Below are positions 20,323 through 33,834 of a stretch of 64,000 nucleotides of DNA, one piece after another. The DNA is from the human T2T-CHM13v2.0 reference genome, Homo sapiens, in the NCBI GenBank assembly GCA_009914755.4, contig CP068257.2, positions 15,104,001-15,168,000 on the forward strand, given 5' to 3'. A program made the position numbers and the translations under genes. Each line of letters starts with the position of its first letter. Position 1 is the first letter of the stretch. The notes below the pieces were generated by a model. The model was not told where the DNA came from. It saw only the letters and a list, made by a program, of their open reading frames with translations, and searched no databases.

Positions 20323-22845
20323 TGAACTGTGATTTTAGACATCATAGAAATAGTAATAAAATCATGAACATATTTTAACATATGCATTTAATATAAATCT
20401 ACAAAAATTACCTTTTCTTCATGTATAGATTACAATATGGAATTTGGGTAAACCCCAGGAAATTTTCTGTTCATTGTAAGATTAAGCTCAATTAAAGCTG
20501 AGAGTGAAATATTTCTTCCCCCTGTTGTCTAGCAATTCATGATTAACATGACTTATGTTAATCTTACAGTTATGTGCCTACATTCTGTGTCCTATCTCTG
20601 CATCTTATAGAAAGTAAGATACCACTTACTTCCTCAGTAACTTCCACACACACTACAGCACTGTGTACACGTATGTGCTCTAATATGGTTCTATTTTGAC
20701 TGGCCCATGACATGAGGAAACAGATGAGGCGGCAGGGCAGATGTAGCCCTCTTAGATGACGAAGAATTCTAAATTCCCCCTCATTAATATAAATGAACAA
20801 ATGAAGAAAATAGGCAAAGTAGGCAAAGTTTTTCTGTCCATTATGTTAGCAGCCTTTTCCAAAGTGAATCAATGTCCCAGGTCTGAGAACCTACATTTAT
20901 ACAGTGAAAATATTTGCACAATCAAAAATATAACAGTGGTATTTTTTGCTCTCCTATCCAAGGAGGATTTGATACCCAGATATTTCCCTTAACAAGAAGG
21001 GAAGGATGACTGTGCCTCTTTGTCTCAAAACGCAGGTTGAATGAAGCTGTGGAGAGTAAGATTGCAACATTCAGTGCAATCTCCATACATCCTCTGGACA
21101 CATGGAATATGCCTAGCTGGTGTGCCATTTTAGTAGTGTCTTACTACATTTCTTCTTTCATTAATCTAAGTGTACTTTTTGTTTTCCACAGGAACTTTCT
21201 GGAAACCACAATTTTTCTCATCTAAGAAATGATAGATTTCTTTCATATCTTGCACTGCAGTCAGAATCAGCATTCCTTAAATAAATGGTCTCACATAGTC
21301 CCAATTCTATATGATGACATCATCCTTGTTCCCTACACATGAAAGTATGTGTTTTGTGATTTTTTTAAAGTCAGTATCTCCTATGAAGCTGTATAAACCA
21401 CTAAAATCAGACTGGCAGAACTGAACTTTTTTTTTTTTCAGTCAGAGAAGGATCATGTAAATACAAACAAGATTCAGTTAGGGCAATAAAACTCCATCTC
21501 ATTTTTTTGTAGGTCTGAAACAGCTGCTTTATTATGTGAGCCAAGAGAAGTTTGGGTGGCTCTACTCAGAGGAATTCTGTCCTAATTATCCTCAATCATC
21601 ATGGATATCACCTGTTTTGACATCCTTGATTCAAAACTGGTCTTACTTCTTGATTAATTTTCTATTACAGAATTTGTGTTTGCATGAAGCACATCAATGA
21701 TACATAAAGTGTATCTGAATGTTATTTTATATGTATCTTCTCTACTCTTTTTATTGTGTTAAATGACCACATTATTCCTTTGTAAAACCTATTACAATTA
21801 TATCCAACTATAATAATGTAGTATAATATTATTAAAAGCAATCCCCCAAATGCAATACTACAGTAATGCTTTAACAAATTATTGTTTCTTCTCTCAAATT
21901 ATATAAGATTTTCACTGACTAAAAAAAAGTGCCTCCATTTCCTTAATTACATATATATTTTCTCTTGCTTTCGTCTTTCAAAAGTCATAAAATTGAACTG
22001 AAAATATCATTATTTGGATTAGTAGCCTTGTAGAAAAATGCTTTACAATATTACAATTTGGATTAGTTGTTTTTGGGAAACTGAAATCCCACCAGTTCCA
22101 AAACTATTGCTTTCACTCCTGAGAAATAACTGAAAATAAAATGCTATTTTACAGTGCTATTAAAATTGGGTAGGAGTTGATATGAGAAGTGAAATCAGTC
22201 GTTTTTCAAAGAAGACCAGAAACAAACACAAGAAAATCTAAGAGTTTAAAAATATTAAATATATTAGATTCATAAATTAATCATGACATTGGTCCAAGAG
22301 GACCTCAAACTAAAAATACATATTGTGCTTGTTCTACTCCTACTGACTCCCTGTTTTCCATTTCTAAGATGCTGTAGTATTATCTCAATAAAAAATTTTC
22401 TGGTTTTGTCAATTTTCTTTAATGTGGGAAATCATTATGATGTATATTTTCAAAGCATTTTGAATTTAAACTTAGGTACCCTGGTGTTTTCAGAGGTGAT
22501 ATAACCTTTGAGATATTGCTACATTACTATTTGTTATCACTTAAAACCACTCGATATTTCCTGGGATCTTGGATTCCAAAATTAATGAACCAGCTTAGCA
22601 AAATCATTGCAGATCACCAACAGCTGTTTTTATTTCACAGGACACCTAAGTTAGCAAAAGCCTTCTGGGGATTTCATATTGTCAGAAAGAGAACACAGCT
22701 TGTCTGGAATATCATCATGCCAGCCACCAAGTTCATAAAAAAACTCTAAGGCAGAAGAGAATACATCCTTTAACTCTTTTTGCCTCTGAAGTTGGAGAGG
22801 TGATTTGTTTTGGACTTGAGGTCCCGTAAAACAAGCAGACAAGAT

Positions 22846-22958
22846 TGGGTGCGGTGGCTCATGCCTGTAATCTCAGCACTTTGGGAGGCCGAGGCAGGTG
22901 GATTATGAGGTCAGGAGATTGAGAGCATCCTGGCTAATATGGTGAAACCCCATCTCTA

Positions 22959-22999
<41 letters not shown>

Positions 23000-23119
23000 A
23001 GCCGGGTGTGGTGGCGGGTGCCTGTAGTCCCAGCTACTCCAGAGGCAACAGAGCAAGATTCCATCTCAAAAAAAAAAAAAAAACAAACAAACAAAAAAAA
23101 AAAACCAAGAAAAAAAAAA
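22846..23119 (+). mobile_element. Alu SINE whose middle A-rich linker is expanded to a pure A38 tract and whose right monomer has an ~80-90 bp deletion. TSD aagcagacaaga (22833-22844 and 23120-23131)
   Basis: gggtgcggtggctcatgcctgtaatctcagcactttgggaggccgaggcaggtggattatgaggtcaggagattgagagcatcctggctaatatggtgaaaccccatctctact + A38 + ttagccgggtgtggtggcgggtgcctgtagtcccagctactcc|agaggcaacagagcaagattccatctcaaaaaaaa…. The TSD is readable on both sides. Confidence 0.9.
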
Positions 23120-23879
23120 AAGCAGACAAGAATAGTTTTTGAGACCTACATAACTTTTTTACCAAGTCTACTCATTCGTCATTCAACTTCAGGTGCAAGA
23201 CTCTGGATTTTGTGCAGTGTAAATATATAGAAAAAAAAACTACAAATTTTGTCCTGAAGGACCTATTAGCTTATGAATGGAAGTAATGAATTTACACAAA
23301 CACCTGGATAAATGGTGAAAACTAAACTCACCCAATTCCACTGGTACCAAACCTATGCCTTCTCATACATGCCCTGTTTTAGTAATGTTACCCACTCCCC
23401 TCAGAGACAGACACCTAGCAACCTTGCTAACTCCTTCTTCTGCCATTACCTTTCTATCCCTGCTACCCAAGTTTTAGATGAGAAATCAATCTCATTCCCT
23501 TTCCCCTCAATAATTGTCTGACTGGTTCCCCTCATTCCACAGCTTCTTCGAGATGACATTTCTAATATAAACATCTGATCACATTCCGTACTGATAACCT
23601 ACAAGCTAAGCTCCAAACTCTCATTTGGAAAGTAAGGTCTTTGCCATCTGACTCCTGACTGTCTCTCCCATCTTAGTCCTCATCACTTCCCTCCATGCCA
23701 TGCAAGTTCCAGCTACTCTGAGCTACTTAGTTATCCTCAAACATGTATTTAAGCACATGCCATCGCCTGTGTCCGTTCGTCTGGAATGTCTTGTGCCATC
23801 CCACTGTATACCCTGTGTGGTTCACTGTGAACTCATTCACCCTTCATTCTCAGTCCAAGCATCTTTTTCCTGTAATATA

Positions 23880-24105
23880 TTTCATAATGCCTCAATAATT
23901 ATATAGCATTTTATCTACATAATAGTATCAGTTGTCCTATGCTTTCACTACCTTTCAACATGACATTGTATTTATTATCATGTCTGTCTCACCACGAATT
24001 TGTGAACTTCTTGATGGTAGAGACAATATGAATTTTTTTTCGTGTTCATATCCCCAGTTCTTAGTGCAATACTGAACACACAGTAAATACTCAATAACTA
24101 TTCAA
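23880..24105 (+). mobile_element. MIR-like ancient SINE 3' region
   Basis: …atccccagttcttagtgcaatactgaacacacagtaaatactcaataactattcaat resembles the MIR 3' end (…CTTAGAACAGTGCCTGGCACATAGTAAGCGCTCAATAAATGTTGGTTATTA). Confidence 0.4.
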
Positions 24106-26879
24106 TTAAAAATACAATTATAAAGTAATAAGACAAGTCAGAACGTGGAAAATGCCATATCCCTAATAATAGTTAGATATGAGTTAAGAGAGAGTATATA
24201 AAGATGAGAAAAACAGGAAAAGCTTTATGGTGTATGTTGCACTTGAGCCAATCATAGAAGAATGCAAAGAATTTGCAAACACAAAAATGGAAGGGAGAAA
24301 AATTTAGCTTGGGGAATTGCATGACTGGTAACAGAAAGTTGAAAAAAATATTTGCTGTGTATGAGGAACTGGTTTGAATAGAGAATAAGGGCAAGAAAAA
24401 AATTATAATAAATAAGGTAGAAAAGTTACCTTAGAGAATAGATTCTTGGAGGTCATGAATATCCAGTTAAAAAGTATAAAATTCATATTTTATCTCTAAG
24501 AAATAAAGTATAAATATATTGAAAAATTGTCTTCACACACACATTGTATCAGGCAAGGGAACTATAATAAATTAAGTAGAAAAGTTAGCTTGGGAAAATA
24601 TGGAAGTCCACATACAATTATTTTTCTCTAGGAAATATGGATATATTAAAAGATAAATAGAGGATTCTGCTATAGTTTTTATATAAATACAGTTATAGAC
24701 ATTGACATTGATATCCTGGCAAATTAAGGCCAAACAATTAAATAGAATACAGACAGTGTAGAAGAATGATTTTGACAATCTGAATTTGGATAATTGAAAT
24801 TCAGAGTATATAAAATTTTAGGAGACATAATCTACATAATTTGGTACCTGGATAGAGGAAATAGGTAAGGAAAAGGGGAAAGACAAGGGAGAGAGATATC
24901 AGTCAAATAACCCATTGATTGAGCACCTCCTCTCTATTACCTTGTACCATTAATTTGCTTCCCTTGTATAAGCCAGATAAGTTTACTGAAAATGGGGCCC
25001 TTCATTATCTGTTCTGAAACTCTACCACTCAGTTGAGGGTGTGGTTTATTTGAGTTAATCAACAAATTTTGAATGGATCTAACTACAGTTGAATAGTTAA
25101 TAAGACTATGGCTTATGTTAAGTTTACCAGTCTTTGGTTTATCTTATGAAGGGTAGTCAACAATCAAATCTGTACACTGTGCCTTTTGAAGACCTGGGAC
25201 TACATAACATATAGCTCAATGGGTTCTTATAGTTCAGTGGCCCCTGCTGTTTAATCTTAATGCACATGGAAAAAAAAAATGTCAGCTTGAGGAAGAACTC
25301 TCTTATTGTAACAGTACATACACCGTTTTATGCTAAACATAGTGAGCCATACCATGTTTGCCAACAAATTATTCTTGGCAAAAATAGCAACAATTGTGTA
25401 TTTAAAGTTCCCCCCAAAATACTGTTTGTCGTTCAAATGATGAAATGTAAATTTAGAAAACCAAGGGAATTAAGACACTGAATCTTTTATGCCCTCTTTA
25501 TTACGTTTTCTCTGTGGAAAATAAACTGTGCTGTATAAAGTATCACCTTGAGAAAAAGGAATACAAAAATACTTTGGCTGCCACTTTACAAAAATTCTGT
25601 TAGCTACTTTTATTTGCACATTTTTTTCTTTTTTCTTTCCTAATGGTTTTCATTATAATTTAAATATATAGAGAAATTACCTCCCGGGATATACTAATCT
25701 TGAATACTTCCTTGTTATGTCTAGAATAGGTTATTACAAAGCTTCTAAAAATCCTTGATATTTCTAAGGAAATATAGGAACTACCAACAATTATGGTTTC
25801 CTCCCCGTTTTCTCTGTAAATTCTAAAGTAATTGGATAGCATTAGGCCAATAATTATCTAATTTGAATTTTTAAAATATCAAAGTTGTCAAGGAATTGTC
25901 TTTCTGCGATGTGGGGCATTGAAAGGAAACTTGTGAATTACTACCCTTCTTTTCTGTGTCTATACATGACAGGATCTACTGTTCCTACAGTTAATTCAGT
26001 CAAAGAAACCATTTGATCTGAATGTGTGACCGAATGACCAGTGGTTTGACTGAATTCACAGCCACCGTGGCTGCTCTGCCCATGCGAGTCCACAAGGGCT
26101 TTGTTTGCTTGCTGGCAGTCTCTGCACAGAGAACACACAGCATATGCCAGGTGGCCATGTGTCTGAGGCAGAGGGAAGGGAGAACAAAGCAAAAAAAGAT
26201 TCCATTTGGACAGAGATGCTTTAAGCCATCCGACTGCCAGTAACATATTAAAGAGAGAAGAAAATGCAATGATGCTTGAATATACTCAACAGTAAACAAC
26301 TTTAAGCCTGAGCTTCAGATCACAAATCTCCCTCTGCCGCTGCTGACATGCTCAGCTTGAACGTGGTTGCAGGAGACAAAGGAACCTGCTCCAGGAAGAA
26401 AACAGAAGAGAGAATTCTCACCCTGATTTTAATCTATCTCAGATGAATGTTGAAGAACCAGTGATACCATAACAATTGTATTCTTATGTCAAAAACCTGT
26501 TCTGTTGAAGGTGAGAATAGAGGAAGAAGGTTCTAGAATGGCAAAAACGAGAACTCACTTTCCTGTCCACCTCTTTTTTCTTTATGTCAACCCTCCATTT
26601 GGCACTTATCACACTGCTCACCACTGGCTTCCCAACAAACCGTGAAATGAAAAAGACAGATGTTAATGCCATCTCAGAAGAGTTGGGAGCTGCAAACTAT
26701 TATTTTAGAAAGTCAGCAGGGCAATGTGGATTCCTTTAAAAGTGGAATATCATTTCTCAAATAAGTGTAATATTGCCCCCATTCCCTGCCTCATGATTTA
26801 GGATAAATAAATTTTCTTTTCTGTATTATTTTCTCATTACTCATTAATTGAGTAGCTGATATGGGCTAGATAGTGTGCT

Positions 26880-27085
26880 AGCAGCCTGATCTTCATTCAG
26901 TATTTTCAGTCTTCCCAACAGTGCTACTGAGCCCCACTGTGTTCATCTTACAGATGGAAATACTGACATTCAGAGGAGTTAGTTAACTTGCCTAGGTGAT
27001 TCAGCTAATAAGTGCAAGAAAGATTTCAATCCAAGGTGATTTGATTCTGAAGCCTGTGCTAATCACATTACACCAAGCTACAACT
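26880..27085 (-). mobile_element. MIR SINE
   Basis: …catcttacagatggaaatactgacattcagaggagttagttaacttgcctaggtgattcagctaataagtgcaag…tttgattctgaagcctgtgctaatcacattacacc matches reverse-complement MIR (TTTACAGATGAGGAAACTGAGGCACAGAGAGGTTAAGTAACTTGCCCAAGGTCACACAGCTAGTAAGTGGCAG…). Confidence 0.55.
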
Positions 27086-30000
27086 TCATTTATAAATAAT
27101 AAGTCAGCTTTCAAGGGCCTTTCAGGTGTCCTGCACTTCTACAAGCTGTGCCATTTAGTGAACACAAAATGAGCCTTCTGATGAAGTAGTCTTTTCATTA
27201 TTTCAGATATTAGAACACTAAAATTCTTAGCTGCCAGCTGATTGAAGGCTGGGACAAAATTCAAACATGCATCTACAACAATATATATCTCAATGTTAGT
27301 CTCCAAATTCTATTGACTTCAACTCAAGAGAATATAAAGAGCTAGTCTTTATACACTCTTTAAGGTATGATATCATCTGGAAAGTAACAAAACTGATGCA
27401 AATTTGAATGAACTTTATCATGGTGTATTTACACAATGTGTTTCTTCTCCCTGCAATGTATTTCTTTCTCTAATTCCTTCCATTTGATCTTTCATACACA
27501 ATCTGGTTCTGATGTATGTTTTTTGGATGCACTTTTCAACTCCAAAAGACAGAGCTAGTTACTTTCTTCCTGGTGCTCCAAGCACTGTATTTGTATCTGT
27601 ATTCAAGCCCTTTGCAATATTGTACTGGATCATTATTTCACCTCTAGGATGGCTTCCCCAGGCAACTTGTGTTCACCCAGAGACTACATTTTGTATCTTG
27701 TTGACCTTTGAACTTCCACCAGTGTCTAAAAATAATATGTATGCAAAATTACTTGCTATGAGAATGTATAATTAAACAATATAAAAAGGAGAAGCAAGGA
27801 GAGAAACACAGGTGTGTATTTGTGTTTGTGTGCTTAAAAGGCAGTGTGGAAAAGGAAGAAATGCCATTTATAGTGAGGAGACAAAGTTATATTACCTCTT
27901 ATCTGGCTTTTAAGGAGATTTTGCTGAGCTAAAAATCCTATATTCATAGAAAAGCCTTACCTGAGTTGCCAATACCATCTAAGATTATTCTTTAAAAAGG
28001 ATTTTAAAGATCTAATTTACTTTTTGTCATGCACTGCTTGCTATTTGCATTCCACTCTGGCTGAACATTGAAATGAGACGAGCCTTTATCACCTTTGTGT
28101 CTGGTCACGTCTGCTTCCTCATCTCCCTGTGCTAGCACAGTGCTGCAGTACCAGGCTATAAACACAGCAGCAAAATCGTTCAGGAAAAGAAAAAGAAAAA
28201 GAATCAGAAAACAGAAAGCTGCTTTTGGTCATAATTGGATGAAAATATATGTAATAAAAACATTTCTATCGGTAGCAGGTTTTTTTAATAAGTTCTTCTT
28301 TTCTTTATAACTAAATTTTTGAAAATGCAGACATTTGGCCTTAGATATCTCATGGATGTAAAATTGGCATCAGATCAGTACAGTTTGCTAGCCAAGCTTA
28401 AAAAGGAAAATATAATGGGAAAACACTGTGATTTTATAGTTCTTATAAAAATGAGAAAATCACAACCTGCACAAAAACCCCAAGTTGAACATCCCTTAAA
28501 TCTGCCACGAAAAGACCAAGATCCATGTTTTCAGTTTTGAGGATGACCTTAGAAACCTACGTGGGGTTTACTTTAGTTTACCCTAACGTAACTGTAGATC
28601 CATCTCAGCAAACAGATGTGCAGAACATGAGCTGTACATTCATTGGCTCAGGAAACGGAATTGAGAATTTAAGCTGATTTCCATTTTTATTATGTAGTAT
28701 GACTTTTGCTTCTTTGTTCTCTCATAATAAACTTCAGTCCCCTTGAAAATACCCTAACTGATAACCTCTAACAGGGTTAGATTGTATGAGCTGACTGTAG
28801 ACTTGTTTATGACTGCCTTACTCAAATATGCACCTGACATCCTTTCTCTCAGTGGAATAACAAATCAGATCTTTCCAGAGCAGAAGAGAGGTACAAGCTC
28901 TTCCTAATAAAATAAATATAGTACCACTTGTGTATGGTAGAATCTTTTGAACCAAATTAAAACTGTATTTTTGAGACAGACCTTTAGCATGGAAAACTCA
29001 GCATCTACAACCTTGCTAAAAAAGAGATTGCACTGAAAGATTCGCCACCTCCGCGGTGGGCATTTGTACCAACTCTTTATTTTTTACCCACCAAACCCTT
29101 TTACCTCCCTTGTCTTGTCTCTCTGTGCTCCCAGAGATGATTGTTGTGAATTCATGTCCTCAGCTCTCCTGCAGGCTGGACTTCAGTTAGGTTTGGCCCA
29201 CAACCCCACCAACAAAAGAGGGTGGGAACACTTACTCTACTTTTCCTTGCTGCTTTGGTGCCACAACTGTGGCAGTGACTGTGTCCCTCTCCAGTTATGC
29301 TTTTATCAGAGAGTCCTTTTCCATGGTCCTCATTCCAGTGACCCACCATCACTCCAGGTCGTTCCTGTGTCCCTTTCGCCCTTGGAGCGGCCACATCTTC
29401 CTAATATTGCTGGTATTTGGATGTCTGACCAACTCTTGTTTGCTTTCTTATCCCTGTTCACACTCTAACTGTTGTTTCTTTTTTAAAAACTTTTCATATG
29501 AACCACCTGTGATGAATCCAGTGTCCTGCTTGGACCTTAATGCTAAAGAATGCAAACATTTCTTTCTTTAAAACAAAAATCAATGCTTACTTGAACAAAA
29601 TAATCTACTAGACAGTCACAGATGGATTCTAATTGGCTTGCAGTAGTAGGAAGGCCACTGTGATCAAGGTTATCTAACTTCCTTCACCCTTACTCTCTGT
29701 GGCAGAGACTGATAGAACATGAAGCAACTAAAGTCTGTGTCTTCTAAGAACTTCAAGGAAGCTGTCAAAAGTCTTCCAGAGTCTTTAAGGAATCTGCTAG
29801 ATTGAGTGGAAATATTTCATATTGATGGAGGCAGAGAGGGCACATGTATATTCTCCTGGCTGAGACACAGCATAAAGTCAAGGAGGAAGGGGACAGAGAA
29901 GATCTACCAAAGTCTAGTCCCCTTTAACTTGAAGTGGCAAGGATGGCTGAATTCTAGGACATCTCAGTAAAAGAAAAAGGTTTCTAAGACATCTTTTTGC

Positions 30001-31318
30001 CCAGAAAATAAGGACATCCTCACAAAATGAGCTGAACATATCAGGACAACCCAGGATTTAAAGATATAAAGGGGATCCCACTGACCAAATCTGGACATTT
30101 GAGCTAAAAAAAAAAAGTAGTGATAATCATTTATAACTCACTGAGTTACATGAGCATCCCTGAGTTCATATGGAAAGAAAAATAGAAAGAAAGCTCTTTC
30201 TTACAGTAAAATGCCAACTAATACATGTAACATCATAATGGAGTTAATAATCTAGCACTAATAATCAATGGATTTCAAATTAGTGGGTGAAAATTTGATA
30301 AAGAAGAGGCTATTTCAGAGTGTCAAAGAATGTCCCCACCAATTGCTTATTAATTACTAAGAGAAAAATAACAGTTTTACCATGGAGAAACCTAACAGAT
30401 ACCATGGAAGGGTGGCAGAATATGCCACCCAAAATATGCCGCTTTGGTATAAGGATTCCTTTGAGTTAAAGAGACTTTAAAAATAAGTAGCAGGTGCAGG
30501 AAGGACACTCTGATCCTCCTTTTATTCTTCCTGAAAATAGGAGATAAAAGCCCCATATGGAAGATGTCTTGCCTATACCAGAAGGAAAGTAACATTCTTA
30601 TCATCAAGGACATGAAGTTGAGACTGAGAGAGTTCTGTACAAACAGACCTTGTTAAAATAATTCTTATCTTCCTTCAGCAACATTCCCCCACCCCGTGTA
30701 GTCTAGTTACTTTTCCACAATTGCCTCTTTTTCAATCTAATATAAAAACATTTAGGTTTTGCTACTTCTTTGGGTCATCATTTTCTTATGAGGACTCCTG
30801 TGTTATGTAAAACTTTTATGAGATAAATCTGTATGTTTTTCTCTGTGAATCTGTCTTATGTAAGTTTAATTCTTTGGCCCACTGAAAAACTAAGAGGCAA
30901 GAGGTAAAATTTTGCCTCCCCTGAACCATCTTAATCAAGGGTTCCATCAAAGTTACTATCACCAATATAGCAAAAAGTCCTATTACGTGCCTCCTGAGAT
31001 GATATGCGAGAATAAACAACTCACTTTTTTTGTAATATTCTTGCTGAAACTGAGTGATGGACTCCTCTGTTAACTCAGGGTTCTTGATACAGAGAAATCG
31101 CTCTTGCTTTCATGTTGCTCACCTGACAGAAACTGCAATCTCATGTGTTGGAAAATATGTACCTGCTGAGATGGTACAAGGGGAAGCAGAGAGAGAGAAA
31201 TCTTCAAAGACTGTTGGCATTCCAAAAGGCTGTGCCTGAGGCCACTAATGTAAAACTGAAGACTGTGAGAAGGATGTAACTAGAAGAGAGGGTCTGAGAG
31301 ATGATGAAGAAAGAGAAC

Positions 31319-31634
31319 AGAGCTGGGTGTGGTGGCTCATGCCTGTAATCCCAGTACTTTAGGGGGTTGAGGCTGGAGGATTTCTTGAGGCCAGGGGTTC
31401 AAGACCAGCCTGGGCAACACAGTGAGACCTCATCTCCATAAAATATTTAAAAATTAGTCAGGTGAGGTGGCATACACCTGTAGTCCCAGCTGCTGGGGAG
31501 GTTGAGGCAGGACAGGAGGATCTCTTGAGCCCAGGAGTTGGAAGCTGCAGTGAGCTCTGATTGCACCATTGCACTATAGCCTGGGTGACAGAGGGAGATC
31601 CTGTCTCAAAACAGAAAAAATAAATAAAATAAAA
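31319..31634 (+). mobile_element. Alu SINE, older and diverged (AluJ/S-like)
   Basis: gctgggtgtggtggctcatgcctgtaatcccagtactttagggggttgaggctggaggatttcttgaggccaggggttcaagaccagcctgggcaacacagtgagacctcatctccataaaatatttaaaaattagtcaggtgaggtgg…cctgggtgacagagggagatcctgtctcaaaacagaaaaaataaataaaataaaa. Confidence 0.9.
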
Positions 31635-32812
31635 GGCAAAGTGGACTAATGGAAGACCATAGATCTACTCTTTTTTTTTCATGGATCTACTCTTAAGTCA
31701 TTTTTTCTTCTTGCCTTGACTATGAATATTCCAGAACTTCTGCTTAAATAGAATATTTTATTTCACTTAGAATCTGTGGCATGTCTACTAAACATTTTCT
31801 TTCTCCGATTTTTCATCTCTCAAGCCTTCTGTGAGACAGGACCCCATTTATTATATCAGATATTTAAGCTGCCAACATTTTCAACTTGCTCATGATTTCT
31901 CTATTATTATTCAAATGTTAACATCTCATTCAATTCTAGAGCCCAGTGTTTGGTGAAATTCCTTCTTATATCAGTATCAGTATTGGCTGTCAAAGAGGTT
32001 TCCTTTATTTGTGTTTCTGTTTTTCTCCTGGCAATTGTTTCAATGTAATATATAATATTCATCTAGTTTGGATATCTATTTTGACATCCAACTCAATTGT
32101 ATACCAACTGTGCTACTACGAATTCCATTACACTTCAATCTTTGACTCATACTCAATATAAATATATTTTAAATGAAGGTTAGAGCATGTAAGAACTTTA
32201 AGATGTCTTTTTTTTAAAAAAAATAATGAAACCACATATGCCCTTGTCCTTTTCTTCCTTTGGATTTAGAATGAGAGGTACAATCATTTATCAGAGAACT
32301 TTAGTTAGCAAGTAGTGAAGCATCTATAAAAATATATTGCCACATATACTCTTAAAGTTGCTACTCTTAGCATCTCTATTTAAAATAAGGCTATGGGAGG
32401 TGGTTGGCAGGATGGCCGAAAAGGAACAGTTCTGATCTGCAGCTCCCAGTGAGATCAACACAGAAGGTGGATGGTTTCTGCATTTCCTACTGAGGTATCC
32501 AGCTTATCTCACTGGGACTGGTTAGACAGTGGGTGCAGCCCATGGAAGGTGAGCTGAAGCAGGATGGGGCTTTCAGAGGAAGGAACAGGCAGCAATCTTT
32601 GCTGTTCTGCTGCCTCTGCTGGTGATACCCAGGCAAACAGGGTCTGGAGTGGACCTCCAGCAGCCTCCGGTAGACCTGCAGCAGAGAGGCCTGACTGTCA
32701 AAAGGAAAACTAACAAATAGAAAGGAATAGCATAAACATCAACAAAAAAGACCTCCACACAGAAACCCCATCCAAAGGTCACCAACTTCAAAGACCAAAA
32801 GTAGATAAATCT

Positions 32813-33286
32813 ATGAACATGAGGAAAAACCAGCTCAAAAAGTTTGAAAATTCCCAAAACCAGAACACCTCTTCTCCTCCAAAGGATCACAACTCCTCAC
32901 CAGCTAGGGAACAAAACTGGATGGGGAATGAGTTTGACGAATTTAAAGAAGTTGGCTTCAGAAGGTGGGTAATAACAAACTCCTTCAAGCTAAAGGAGCA
33001 TGTTCTAACCCAAAGGAAGGAAGCTAAGAACCTTGAAAAAAGGATAGACGAGTTGCTAACTAGAATAACCAGTTTAGAGAAGAACATAAATGACCTGATG
33101 GATCTGAAAAACACAGCACGAGAACTTCATGAAGCATACACAAATATCAATAGCCGAATTAATCAAGTGGAAATAAGGATATCAGAGATTGAAGATCAAT
33201 TTAATGAAATAAAGTGTGAAGACAAGATTAGAGAAAACAGAATGAAAAGGATGAAGAAAGCCTCCAAGAAATATGGGACTATGTGA
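32813..33286 (+). pseudogene. L1 ORF1p, N-terminal and coiled-coil portion (157-aa ORF, prematurely terminated)
   Basis: MRKNQLKKFENSQNQNTSSPPKDHNSSPAREQNWMGNEFDEFKEVGFRR… is collinear with L1 ORF1p (MGKKQNRKTGNSKTQSASPPPKERSSSPATEQSWMENDFDELREEGFRR…). Confidence 0.85.
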
Positions 33287-33834
33287 CGAGACCAAACCTA
33301 CATTTGATTGGTGTACCTGAAAGTGATGGGGAGAATGGAAGCAAGTTGGAAAACACTTCTCAGGATATTATTCAGGAGAACTTCCCCAACTTAGCAAGAC
33401 AGGGCAACATTCAAATTCAGAAAATACAGACAACGCCACAAAGATACTCCTTGAGAAGAGCAACCCCAAGACACATAATCGTCAGATTCACCAAGGTGGA
33501 AATGAAAGAAAAAATGTTAAGGGCAGCCAGAGAGAAAGGTCTGCTCTTGAATGACTACTGGATAAATAATGACATTAAGGGAGAAATAAAGAAGTTCTTT
33601 GAAACCAATGAGAATGAAGACACAATGTACCAGAATCTCTGGGACACAGCTAAAGCAGTGATTAGAGGGAAATTTATGGCACTAAATGCCCACAGGGTAA
33701 AGCGGGAAAGATCTAAAATCAACACCCTAACATCACAATTAAAACTAGAGAAGCAAGAGCAAACAAATTCAAAAGGCAGCAGAAGACAAGAAATAACTAA
33801 GATCAGAGCTGAACTGAAGGAGATGGAGACATGA
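33283..33834 (+). pseudogene. Chimeric in-frame reading frame: the ORF1p central segment (…[13 protein letters not shown]…MLRAAREKG) fused directly to an internal ORF2p segment ([20 protein letters not shown]…)
   Basis: The junction at ~33540 is gagaaaggtc|tgctcttgaatgactactgg. In intact L1 these two segments lie ~1.1 kb apart (the end of ORF1, the inter-ORF spacer, and the ORF2 endonuclease domain). Confidence 0.8.

Noticed and set aside
22903-23230. ORFs with long F- or K-runs (MFVCFFFFFEME…; …KKKKKQTNKKKKPRKKKKQ…)
   Set aside because: They are translations of the A38 tract and A-tail of the Alu at 22846-23119.
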